From: an uncultured delta proteobacterium
GTDB taxonomy: Bacteria > Desulfobacterota > Binatia > UBA9968
DNA: 44,458 nucleotides
Direction: 5' to 3'
NCBI GenBank assembly: GCA_963847445.1
Contig: CAWJZV010000001.1
Span: 1-44,458 of the forward strand
In this document: piece after piece, positions 1 to 9,254 of the stretch
How positions within the stretch are numbered: position 1 is the stretch's first letter
Layout: each line of letters begins with the position of its first letter
The notes under the pieces: generated by a model
What the model saw: the letters and a program-made list of their open reading frames with translations, nothing else
The model's database searches: none
What the model was told of the DNA's origin: nothing
Made by a program: the position numbers and the translations under genes

Positions 1-949
1 CTTGGCGATCTGTTCCACGACGCGATGCTCTTCGCGAATATCGGCAATCAGCTTGTCCGGCGATTCGTAGTCGGCGACCATGCCGAGATTGCCCAAGCGC
101 GCGGCGACGGCGGGATCTTTGATGACTTTCTCTAGGGCGGCGATCAAAGTCTTCGACACTTCCGCCGGCACGCCGGCCGGCGCGAAAAACGCCGACCAGA
201 CGCCCAAGAGATTTTGTTTGTAGCCCAATTGCGCCAGCGTCGGGATCTGCGGGAACTCGGGCATCTTGCTCGACGCCAGGATGCCGCGCATGGTGCCGGC
301 CTTGAGATGTTCGGCGACCACGCCTTGAGCCGCGGCGGCACCTTCGATATGGCCGCCCAATGCGGCGGTCACGGCCGGGCCGGCGCCTTTGAACGGGATC
401 ATCGTCATATCGGCGGGGCTGAGCGAGTTGACAATCTCGACGGTGAAATGGCCGACGGAACCGGGGCCGACGGTGCCGATGCGAATACCGCCTGGGTTTT
501 TCTTGCCGTAGTCGATCATCTCGGCGAAGTTCTTGAACGGCGCGTCTTTGTGCACCGCCAAAACGATCGGTGTGCGCGCGGCCATGCCCAGCGGTGTCAG
601 ATCTTTGTAGGGATCGTAGGGCACCGCATCCGGCGTGAGAACACGGTTGAACACCATCGAGGCATTATTGGTGATGAGAATGGTATAGCCGTCTTTTGGC
701 GCCTTGACGGCGCTATCGGTGCCGATGGTGCCGCCGGCGCCAGGCCGATTGACCGCCACCACCGGGACTTTGAGCAGTTTCGATAAACCTTCGCCGATGG
801 TCCGCCCGGCGACATCGGTGGCGTCGCCCGGGGCGAGGGGGATAATCAAGTTGATCGGCTGTTTGGGATAACCCTGTGCGTGCGAGTTGGCTGCCAAACC
901 GAAACAGCGAAGCCCAAGGAAAATCGCGGCGGCGAGATAGTCTTTTCAT
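1..949 (-). CDS. Bug/TctC tripartite tricarboxylate transporter substrate-binding protein (runs off window; frameshift near N-terminus)
   Basis: Manual translation gives AQGYPKQPINLIIPLAPGDATDVAGR, VNRPGAGGTIG, APKDGYTIL and IPFKGAGPAVTAALGGHI, all Bug-family motifs; ATG at 949. Confidence 0.88.
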
Positions 950-1087
950 AATTAGTTCCCCTCCGCAGTTGCGCATACATCCGCTCGTCGCCTAAAGTCA
1001 AGTTAACTTTTTCTAGTTGTAATCGCGCTAAGGTGCCGGATAGTATCGGCCAGCGGTCAACGACCAACGTAGGAGGATCATCGCGCG

Positions 1088-2065
1088 ATGAAGCGAATCT
1101 TAATCGTCGTTTTGGCGCTATCTTTCACTATCGGCTTATTACATGCTTCTGCCGACGCCCAAAGCTTCAAAGTCGGCATGACTTCAAAGACGCTTTTCTA
1201 TTTGCCTTTTTACGTCGGTCAAAAGCGCGGCTTTTACAATCAGGAGAACGTCAAGGTCGAACTGGTGCTGATCGGCCGCACCGATGTTCACCTGCAAGCG
1301 CTGCTCAGCGGCGAAATCCATTTCGGCACCCTCAACGCCGACAGCGTCATCGCCGTCGCCGAGAAAGGCGCCATTCTCAAGGTCGTCGCCGGTGTCGACA
1401 ACGCCGCGCCATACTTTCTCATCGGCGGCAAGAACTACAAAAAGGTCGAAGACCTGAAAGGCGCGCGGCTTGGCGTCTCGAGCTTGCGCGGCGGCGCGAC
1501 CTCGATCTTGCTTGAGTATTTGAAGAGCAAGGGGCTGTTCTTCCCACGGGATTTTATCTTGACGGTGATCTCCGGCGGCACGGTGAGCCGATTGACCGCG
1601 TTGGAAAGCGGCGCCATCGCCGGGGCGGTGTTGGGTTTTCCCTATTCGGACATCGCCGTCGACCAGGGATTCACGCGCTTGGGCGACACCATGGAGGTGA
1701 TCTCCACCTATCAATTCAACGGCCTCACCGTGAATCCATCCTGGGCGGAGAAAAATCGCGCCAACGTGGTGCGCTTCTTGAAAGCGCATATTCGCTCGCT
1801 GCGCTGGATCCACGAACACCCGGACCAAGCCGCCGACTTATTCACCGCGGAGATGGGCATCAAGCCGCCCTACGCTCGGCGCGGCGTCGATTATTTTACC
1901 AAGAACAAAGTGTTTCCCATCGACGGCTCGGTGACCATGGAAGGATTGAAAGCCAATATCGACATCCAATTCAAAGACGGCGTGCTCAAAGAACCGCTAC
2001 CGACACCGGATCGGTACGCCGACCATAGTTATGTGCGCCAGGCGCAGAAAGAACTGGGGCTGTGA
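1088..2065 (+). CDS. NMT1/THI5-like (SsuA/TauA-type) ABC substrate-binding protein
   Basis: Signal peptide ending ADA-Q; motifs KRGFYNQENVKVEL and DLKGARLGVSSLRGG; AGGAGG RBS. Confidence 0.9.
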   Translation: MKRILIVVLALSFTIGLLHASADAQSFKVGMTSKTLFYLPFYVGQKRGFYNQENVKVELVLIGRTDVHLQALLSGEIHFGTLNADSVIAVAEKGAILKVVAGVDNAAPYFLIGGKNYKKVEDLKGARLGVSSLRGGATSILLEYLKSKGLFFPRDFILTVISGGTVSRLTALESGAIAGAVLGFPYSDIAVDQGFTRLGDTMEVISTYQFNGLTVNPSWAEKNRANVVRFLKAHIRSLRWIHEHPDQAADLFTAEMGIKPPYARRGVDYFTKNKVFPIDGSVTMEGLKANIDIQFKDGVLKEPLPTPDRYADHSYVRQAQKELGL

Positions 2066-2136
2066 AAGGCTTAAGCCTGCGTTAACTGTCGCAAAACGCC
2101 GTGACGTTTGACGCCCCATGAGCGATTTGTTATCCG

Positions 2137-3163
2137 ATGAGAATGATTAACCTAGCCAAACTACTGCTCTTGGTCTCATTGTTGATCGCTTCCGCGCAGG
2201 CGCCGGGTGAGGTCAACGCTCAAAGCCGGCCGCGCGTCGTCATCGGCCACGCCTCGATGAGTTCCGTCGTGCTGACCCTGTGGGCTGCCCAGGACAGAGG
2301 GTTCTTTGCCAAGAACGGAATCGATGCCCAGATGGTTTTTATCCCAGGTTCGCCGACCTTGATCGCTTCGCTCAACACCGGCGATGTCCATTTTGGCTTT
2401 ACCGGAGGCACCGCGACTTTGGGTGCGGCGGTGGCGGGACTCGATGTCAGAGTGATCGCCGCCTTCGCCGACCGGGTGCAGAGTGAACTGGTGACCCGGC
2501 CCGAGATTAAGACCGCCGCGGATCTCAAGGGCAAGCGCATCGGTGTCACCAGTATCGGCGGCACCGGCTGGATGTCGGCGCTCTTGGTCCTCGAACAGAT
2601 CGGCATCAACGTTGAGCGCGACAAGATGCAGCTCTCCTCCTTTGGCGACCAACGGGTGATCAGCAACGCCCTCGAAACCGGAACGATCCAGGGCGGGGGC
2701 GTTGGCGGGTATATTTAGTCGGACACTAGCCAGGAAAGGTTACTGGATTCCCGGCGAGCCGGCCAAGATTGCACTCACGGGAACGGGATTGGTGGTCAAG
2801 GCCGATTATCTTCAGAATCACGCGCCGATCGCGAGAAGTGTCCTGCGCAGTTTGGTCGAAGGCCACGCCTACGTATTGAATCCGGCCAATAAGAGCAGCT
2901 CCATGGAGATTCTGTCCAAACGGCTTGGGATAAAAGACCAAAGCGCCGCCGCCGACGGCTACGAAGATTACGTCAGCGGTGTCGTGCGCAAGCCTTACGT
3001 CGGCCTCGACGGTTTGAAAAACATTCAACGTTTCATGAAGCTGCGCAATCCCAAGATCGCTGAACTCAATCTCGAAAAATTGATCGACGAGAGTTTCATG
3101 CGCGAGTTTGAGAAAAGCGGTTTCCTCGATCAGCAATTCGGCGTAAAGTCTGGAGTCAAATAA
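2137..3163 (+). CDS. NMT1/THI5-like substrate-binding protein (frameshift near 2700)
   Basis: ORFs 2137-2718 and 2702-3163 join in a G-rich run; GFFAKNGID, DLKGKRIGV and C-terminal NPK...SGF tail. Confidence 0.88.
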
Positions 3164-3191
3164 TCAACGGAAGGTTATAGCAGGAGGAATT

Positions 3192-4284
3192 ATGGCAATC
3201 GACGGCATGAAGGTGATCGATCTCGACAGCCACTTAGTCGGCGACTTGGAGAGCTGGGACCAAACCATCGAAGCAAAGTATAAAGAATACCTGCCGCGCA
3301 AGCTGCCGACCAAGGACAACGAGCGGCGCAAGACTCTGGTCGGCAATCAAATCATGATCGGCTCCGAGCTTGGCCGGCAAAAAGCGGAAAAGAAAGAATG
3401 GGTGACGCCCGCCGATCTGACGCCGCAGGGGCGCGTGCGCAACATGGACTTGGACGGCATCGATGTCGCCGTGCTGTCGCCCAACTCGCCGGCACTCGAC
3501 ATTCTTTGGTTCGCCGACGATCCGGAGCTCGCGCGCGGCCTACGCCAGGGCGCAGAACAATTACATGAACTGGTACGCGTCGCAGCAAAAGGGCCGGCTC
3601 ATGTGGGCCGGGGTGATCCCGCTGCAAGATCCCAAGGAAGCGATCAAAGAGCTGCACCGCTCGCGCGAGTTGGGCAGCAAGGCGCTCAACGTCAAAGCGA
3701 CGCCGATCCCTGGCAAGGAATGGTCTGACCCGCACTTCGATCCGATCTTCGACGAACTGGAAAAAACCAATACGCCGATCATCTTTCACGATACCAAGAC
3801 CGGCTCCATGGGCCATGAACGCTTCGCCGACAATTTTTTCTTTTCCCACATGGTCGGCCGCACCATCGAAAGCATGGTCTGTTTGATGATCTATCTGTGC
3901 GGCGGCGTCATGGAGAAGCATCCCAATCTGAAAATCATTTGTCTCGAAACCGGCGCCTCGCAAATGCCCTGGTGGCTGTCGCGCATGGATGAGCACTTCG
4001 AAAAGCTGCCCCATCTCGTGCCCTGGCAGAAACGCAAACCGACGGACATTTTCAATGAGAGCGTCTTCGTCGGCTGCGAGCCATTCGAGGACGGGCTGTT
4101 CGAGTGGGCGGTGGAGTATTTAGGCGGCGACCGGCTGGTGCTGGCGACCGATTCGCCGCACTGGGACTCGTCGGTGCCGGGACAGGTGACCGGTCCGGTG
4201 GCTAACAGCACGAAGATTTCCCAGGACAACAAGCGCAAGGTGCTGGGCGAGAACGCGATCAATTTATTGGGCCTGGGGCTGTAA
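3192..4284 (+). CDS. Amidohydrolase family protein (Amidohydro_2 type; frameshift near 3540)
   Basis: IDLDSH metal motif, MDLDGIDVAVLSP, IIFH, LETGASQMP, LATDSPHWD, KVLGENA. Confidence 0.88.
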
Positions 4285-4303
4285 GCGTCTTCGTAGGCAA
4301 TCT

Positions 4304-4333
4304 TGTCATTCCGAACGCAACGTGAGCAATCTC
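4304..4333 (+). repeat. YGTCAT-headed palindromic repeat, solo copy
   Basis: TGTCATTCCGAACGCAACGTGAGCAATCTC resembles 5405-5432. Confidence 0.65.
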
Positions 4334-4371
4334 GTGATGCGAATTCTTTCGACCGTGAGACGGGAGGCCCA

Positions 4372-5387
4372 ATGGCGAGTTCGATCCTGGCAATCGTCTT
4401 AGTGCTCGGTTTCCTGACTGCTCCAGAAAGTGTTTTCGCCGCGGCAGCCGGCAAGAAACTCGTCATCGCCTATGCCGCCATGAACGCGCGGGTCTGCCCG
4501 CTGTGGGCGCCGCGCGAACGCGGCTTCTTCGCCAAATACGGCTTTGACGCTGAAACGCTCTTCGTGCGCGGTGCGCCGACCTTGGTCGCCGCCATGGCCT
4601 CCAACGATATCGAAGTCGGTTACACCGGCGGCACCGCGGTCATCGGCGCGGTGGCGTCCGGTGCCGATCTGAAAGTTTTGTCGGCGCTGACCAACCGGGT
4701 TACCTACGACCTGGTGGTACGGCCTGGCATAAAATCCCCCGAAGATCTGCGCGGCAAGAAATTCGGCGTGCAAGCGATCGGCGGCACGGTGTGGATGGGC
4801 GCGATCCTAGCGCTCGAACACCTTGGCCTCGATCCAGACCGCGACAAGATCGCCATCATCGCCGCCGGCGATCAAACCGTGCTCGCCCAAGCGGTGGCCA
4901 ACGGCACCATCGACGCGACCGTGCTCGACGGCGTGCAGAGCCGGCCGTTGCAGGCGAAGGGCTTTCCGATTCTTAGCCGAGCTCGATAAAGCCCAAGTTG
5001 CCGATCTTGAGTTCTTCGATCGTCGTTCGGGAACCTTACCTTCAGAAAAATCCGCAGATCGTCGAGAATGTATTGCGCGCGGTGATCGAAGGCGCGGCCT
5101 TTTGCCTGTCTGCCGCGCAGAAACCTAACACACTGAAGATTCTGCAAAAGTATCTGCGCATCTCCGAGAAGGACGCCGAGGAAGGCTATCGCGATATGGT
5201 CACCGGACTCGACCGCAAACCCTACGCCAACCCGGCGGGCGCGACCAACGTCATCCGGCTGATGAAACGCAGCAATCCAAAAATCGAGAGCGTGAAACCG
5301 GAAAATCTCATCGACGACCGGATCATGAAGAAGCTCGACCAGAGCGGCTTCATCGATGAGATCATGACCAAGTATGGAGTGAAATGA
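4372..5387 (+). CDS. NMT1/THI5-like substrate-binding protein (frameshift near 4975)
   Basis: GGGAGG RBS before ATG 4372; signal peptide; GFFAKYGFD, DLRGKKFGV; continues in ORF 4998-5387 with NPK...QSGF tail. Confidence 0.88.
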
Positions 5388-5404
5388 CGACCACCCAGCG
5401 TGGT

Positions 5405-5483
5405 CGTCATCCCGAACGAAGTGAGGGATCTCGATGTGCTGGCAGAATGTCAGTCTTGTCATTTCGAGCGCAGCGAGAAATCT
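5405..5483 (+). repeat. Two tandem YGTCAT-headed hairpin repeats (5405-5432, 5457-5483) directly upstream of the GIY-YIG gene
   Basis: CGTCATCCCGAACGAAGTGAGGGATCTC and TGTCATTTCGAGCGCAGCGAGAAATCT; the second abuts the ATG. Confidence 0.85.
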
Positions 5484-5757
5484 ATGCTGGCAGAGAACTG
5501 CTACTACGTCTATTTGCTGACCAGGAATAACAAAGTCATGTACGTCGGTGTAACCAATGATCTCACAAGGCGAGTTTACGAACATCAGAACAAGTTGTGA
5601 AAGGTTTCACGAGAAATACAACGTCAGCAAGTTGGTTTACTACGAACAAACTACTGACGTATTCAGCGCCCTGACTCGAGAAAAAGAGATGGCGCGGAAA
5701 AGAACGCTTGGTCATCAGCTCAATCCTCATTGGAATGATCTGAGTAATGCGATCTAG
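5484..5757 (+). CDS. Small stand-alone GIY-YIG nuclease (frameshifted near 5595 and probably near 5690)
   Basis: YYVYLL...VMYVGVTNDLTRRVYEH, then in the next frame KYNVSKLVYYE...ALTREK...NPHWNDL. Confidence 0.9.
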
Positions 5758-5782
5758 ATTTCTCCCTGCGGTCGAAATGACA
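5756..5782 (-). repeat. Inverted copy of the 27-bp repeat at 5457-5483, overlapping the GIY-YIG stop codon
   Basis: Reverse complement TGTCATTTCGACCGCAGGGAGAAATCT is 25/27 identical to the left copy. Confidence 0.9.
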
Positions 5783-5825
5783 GGCCGGGAGTGGCTGCAA
5801 TAGTATGCGTGAAGGAGATTGAGCA

Positions 5826-6938
5826 ATGTACATCGACGGCGATACCCACTACTGGCCGCTGCGTTTTATCGACAAGGTGAAGCATCCCGGCAAAGGCCAT
5901 CTCGAAGTGGTCGAGGACAAGGGCGACATGGTGCGCTACGGCGAAGTGGTGCCGGGCAAGGTGGCGACCTATTACCGCGACGGCAAGAAAGTTCACTCCT
6001 TCAAAGAAGGGCGCTGGAGCATTGCGCTGCGCGCCGAGTTCATGAAAAAAGACGGTTTCGACAAGCAGGTCTTGATTCCCGACAACCGGCCTTTGATCTA
6101 CGAGTGCGATGCCGAACTCGGGCGGCAGCTAGCGCGAGCCTACAACGACACGGTGGCCGAGGACATTCAGGGCGACGATCGTTTCATCGGCTGCGCCTGG
6201 ATTTATTTGCCGGACATCAAGGAATCCGTAAAAGAACTGCGCCGCGCGGTGAAAGATCTTGGTCTGAAAGCGGTGAAGTTCAACGGCGGCTGGGGCGACG
6301 GCGACTTGGACAGTGAAGTGCTGTATCCGCTTTACGAAGAAATCGCCGACTTGAATATTCCCATTCTGCTCCATCCGGCGGCGCGCGTCTATGAAGCGCA
6401 GCACAGCCATCCCTGGCTGGTCGGCAGCGAGCGCTATCAAGGCTACCAGCATTTTCCCACGGCGCTGGGCTTTCCGCTCACTTACATGGTCAGCGCGTCG
6501 CGTCTGATCTTCGGCGGCGTGCTCGATCGTTTCCCGACGTTGAAGTTCGGTTTCTTCGAAGGCGGCATCGGTTGGGTGCCCTGGCTCATGCACACGCTCG
6601 ACGCCCATATGCCAAATGACAGACAGGCTGTCCGTATCTGTCCAACAATTTTTCGAAGGCAAAAACGCCATCAAGAAAAATGCCCAGCCAGTACTTCGAT
6701 CAGTTCTTTATCGCCTGCGTTTCCTGGGAAACCTATATCGCCGACACAGTGAATGGCTGGCCCAACCACAACATTATTATTGGCAGCGATTTCGACCACG
6801 GCGACGCCGTCGCCACCTGGCCGCGCACCGTCGACGTGATCAAGCAGATGAAAGTCTTTGTCGGCCGCCGACAAGGAAAAGGTTTTGGGCGGCAATGCCA
6901 TGCGGATGTTTGGGATGAATGGCAACGAAGCCCACTGA
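5826..6938 (+). CDS. Amidohydrolase family protein (frameshifts near 6630-6680 and 6860)
   Basis: IDGDTH, ILLHP, FFEGGIGWVP, IIGSDFDHGD, KVLGGNAMRMF; GAAGGAG RBS. Confidence 0.87.
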
Positions 6939-7001
6939 TGAACTGTCGGATCCAAGGGCGGAGGTATTCAGGCTTCCTCGTTATTGGATTATTTCTTAGT
7001 T

Positions 7002-7086
7002 CCGTCATTCCGGCGGAGGCCGGAATCCAGGTTCATTCTGGTCCAGCGAATACGAAGATGGATGCCGGTTTTCACCGGCATGACGG
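7002..7086. repeat. CGTC-type REP inverted doublet
   Basis: CCGTCATTCCGGCGGAGGCCGGAATCCAG ... ATGGATGCCGGTTTTCACCGGCATGACGG; relatives at 10836, 29330 and 43220. Confidence 0.85.
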
Positions 7087-7107
7087 ATCTAACGGTTCCG
7101 ATGTCTG

Positions 7108-7227
7108 TTACCGATACAGCGCCTTGATAAACCCGCTGTCCTCCAGCGGCTTGATCAAACTGTTGTCGATGAACGAGTTGGGATCGGCGGTCTTGGTTTG
7201 TTGAAATATTGCGCTCAGTTTGGACAT
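7108..7227 (-). pseudogene. 39-codon mini-ORF matching only the C-terminal tail of the NMT1-like SBPs
   Basis: MSKLSAIFQQTKTADPNSFIDNSLIKPLEDSGFIKALYR* versus KSADPASFSDPTILKSIEDSGFIKSLYE in the 29624 SBP. Confidence 0.75.
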
Positions 7228-7290
7228 TGTTCGATTGTCCCTGTTCTCCGTCATTCCCGTGACGAGGCAGTCCCGCTTCGATTTCCAAAT

Positions 7291-7322
7291 GATGGGTATC
7301 GCTACGCTCCGTCCATCTTACG
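7291..7322 (-). repeat. GTAG-type REP, degenerate solo copy
   Basis: Reverse complement CGTAAGATGGACGGAGCGTAGCGATACCCATC forms a GATGG...CCATC hairpin. Confidence 0.6.
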
Positions 7323-7331
7323 GCGAGCCAC

Positions 7332-8057
7332 TCATGCTAGCGCGGGCCAGTCACCCAGCAACCTGCCATATCCCTTGACCGACTCCTTCACACCGAGTTT
7401 CGATAACACACTCCAGAACATCGCCGGATTGCTGGCGATGACCGGTACTTTCAATTCGTTTTCCAGTCTTTGAATGATCGGCAGCGGGTCCATGGTGGCG
7501 CCTTGGAAATAGATCGCATCCGCGGGCGCAAAACTGCGATAAGTTTTCACCACCAGATCGAACAGCTCGTCCGGCGTCAGATCGACGCCCGACCCAGCCT
7601 TGCGCCCTTCGAAGGCCGGGCCTAACTGGACGGTGAAGCCGAGGCTATTCAAGTGATCATTGATCACTGCATCCGACTTGGCGTCGAAGGGCGTCATCAA
7701 CAGCACAGATTTGGCTTTGTAGATATTGAGCGCGGCGACTGCCGACGACACGGCAGTCGCCACCGGCAATTGGATTGCCTCACTGACTTTGACATCGATG
7801 CCGGGATTGAACAGTCCGATGAACCCGCCGGTGAGCACCAGACCGTCGACTTTGTTGCGCGCGACGAAATCTTTCGCCTTGGCGATCACGATTTCAGCCT
7901 TGCCGGCGAGATCCTGATAGGCGTCGCCCAACAAACCGAGCCCTTCATGAATCAGTGAGACTCCCGGAGGCAACAGCGCATCGACATGTTTAAAGTGCGG
8001 TTTGTTCGGCGTCGCCGGGGAGAGGAGGCCGAGAGTGATATTGCGGTTTGTGGTCAT
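7332..8057 (-). CDS. Arylmalonate decarboxylase / maleate isomerase (Asp/Glu racemase fold) family protein lacking cysteines
   Basis: LPVATAVSSAVAAL, VLLMTPF, ADAIYFQG, LENELKVPVIASNPAMFW, GYGRLL. Confidence 0.85.
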   Translation of the reverse strand: MTTNRNITLGLLSPATPNKPHFKHVDALLPPGVSLIHEGLGLLGDAYQDLAGKAEIVIAKAKDFVARNKVDGLVLTGGFIGLFNPGIDVKVSEAIQLPVATAVSSAVAALNIYKAKSVLLMTPFDAKSDAVINDHLNSLGFTVQLGPAFEGRKAGSGVDLTPDELFDLVVKTYRSFAPADAIYFQGATMDPLPIIQRLENELKVPVIASNPAMFWSVLSKLGVKESVKGYGRLLGDWPALA

Positions 8058-8100
8058 GTCGATCTCCGTATAAAACAGCTCGGCGTATAACATGAATGAT

Positions 8101-8173
8101 GGTTAGGGGTGAAGGGTAAAGGGTGAGGCGTCCGGTCCGGAATCGCTTTACCCCTTACACTTCACCCCTTACG
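8101..8173. repeat. Heptamer-periodic purine/pyrimidine foldback element (AGGGGTR units)
   Basis: GGTTAGGGGTGAAGGGTAAAGGGTGAGG-spacer-TTTACCCCTTACACTTCACCCCTTACG; inverted copy at 9183-9254. Confidence 0.85.
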
Positions 8174-8189
8174 CGTGTCTCACAGCGCT

Positions 8190-8221
8190 AGATTGACCCG
8201 CGCAAGTCAATCTCGCATAGT
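8190..8221 (+). promoter_or_regulatory. Putative sigma70 promoter with overlapping operator-like palindrome
   Basis: TTGACC-17 nt-CATAGT; AGATTGAC-N8-GTCAATCT perfect inverted repeat over the -35. Confidence 0.5.
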
Positions 8222-8254
8222 CGAGTTTCACAACCTGTGCTCCCGGAGGTTCCC

Positions 8255-9178
8255 GTGCAGTTTCGCATCGCAGCCGTGGATTTGGTCAGCAACACTTGTT
8301 TTCCCGCTCTAGCGGCGGATGAGCTGGGGTATTTCAAGAGCGAGGGTCTGGATGCGCGCATCGAGCTGGTCGCCATGTTGGGCGCGACCAAGGCGCTGCG
8401 CCAGGGCAGCGCCGACGCGATGATCGCCGGTTCGGTTTTCGATCTTCTCACCGAGTTTCCCAATTGGCAGGGCGCCAAGATCGCGGTGGCGCTTTCGCAG
8501 GGAACGCCGTGGTTGCTCGTGGTTCGAAGTAATCTTGCCGCCAAGCGCGGCGATCTGAACGCACTCAAGGGTCTGCGCATCACCGCCGCCGAAGGTCCCG
8601 ATCTGGTGTTGAAGCATTTGTTGAGATGCGGCGGTCTGGAAGTCGGCCGCGACATCGAGATTGTCGAGTTGCCGGGGGCAAAGTCGCGCGATGTTTCTTT
8701 TGGCGTCTTCGCGGCGCGGGCGCTGCAAGCTAATCAAATAGACGGCTTCTGGGCCAACGCCATGGGCGGCGAGACCGCCACCAGCAGCGGCGCGGGAAAA
8801 ATTCTTGTCGACGTGCGCCGCGGCGACGATCCGGCGGAAGTGCGGTTTTGCACTTTTGCCGGTATGGCGACGACCGATGATTTCATCGCGCGCGAACCGG
8901 AAGCGATGGCGGCGGCGGTACGCGCCATTGTCAAAGCGCAGAAAGCGCTGCGCGCCGATCCTTCGCTTGCGCGCGAAGTCGGCCTGCGCAAATTCCCCAA
9001 AGAGGCCGCCGAACTGATCGCCAACGTGGTTACGCGCGACGCCGAGTTTTACGATCCAGCAATCAGCGAAGAACGCATCGCCAAGATGAACCGCTTCGCC
9101 GAATCCGTCGGACAGCTAACGGCGCCGGTGAAGTACGAAGAGGTGGTGGCCGTTAGGTATCGGGAGCTGTGGAGATAG
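8255..9178 (+). CDS. NMT1/THI5-like SBP-fold protein without signal peptide
   Basis: GGAGG RBS then GTG; begins directly with FRIAAVDL...LGYFKSEGLD; ALKGLRIT. Confidence 0.85.
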   Translation: MQFRIAAVDLVSNTCFPALAADELGYFKSEGLDARIELVAMLGATKALRQGSADAMIAGSVFDLLTEFPNWQGAKIAVALSQGTPWLLVVRSNLAAKRGDLNALKGLRITAAEGPDLVLKHLLRCGGLEVGRDIEIVELPGAKSRDVSFGVFAARALQANQIDGFWANAMGGETATSSGAGKILVDVRRGDDPAEVRFCTFAGMATTDDFIAREPEAMAAAVRAIVKAQKALRADPSLAREVGLRKFPKEAAELIANVVTRDAEFYDPAISEERIAKMNRFAESVGQLTAPVKYEEVVAVRYRELWR

Positions 9179-9182
9179 GAAT

Positions 9183-9254
9183 CGTAAGGGGTGAAGGGTT
9201 AGGGGTAAAGCGTCTCGGACCGGACGCCTCACCCTTTACCCCTCACGCCTGACG
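9183..9254. repeat. Heptamer-periodic foldback element, inverted copy of 8101-8173, containing the MFS stop codon
   Basis: Shares the asymmetric spacer CGGACCGGACGCCTCACCCTTTACCC with the reverse complement of 8101-8173. Confidence 0.85.

Noticed and set aside
2690-2720. Programmed frameshifting or phase variation at the split genes
   Set aside because: No shared slippery motif, and indels hit unrelated genes; sequencing error is simpler.
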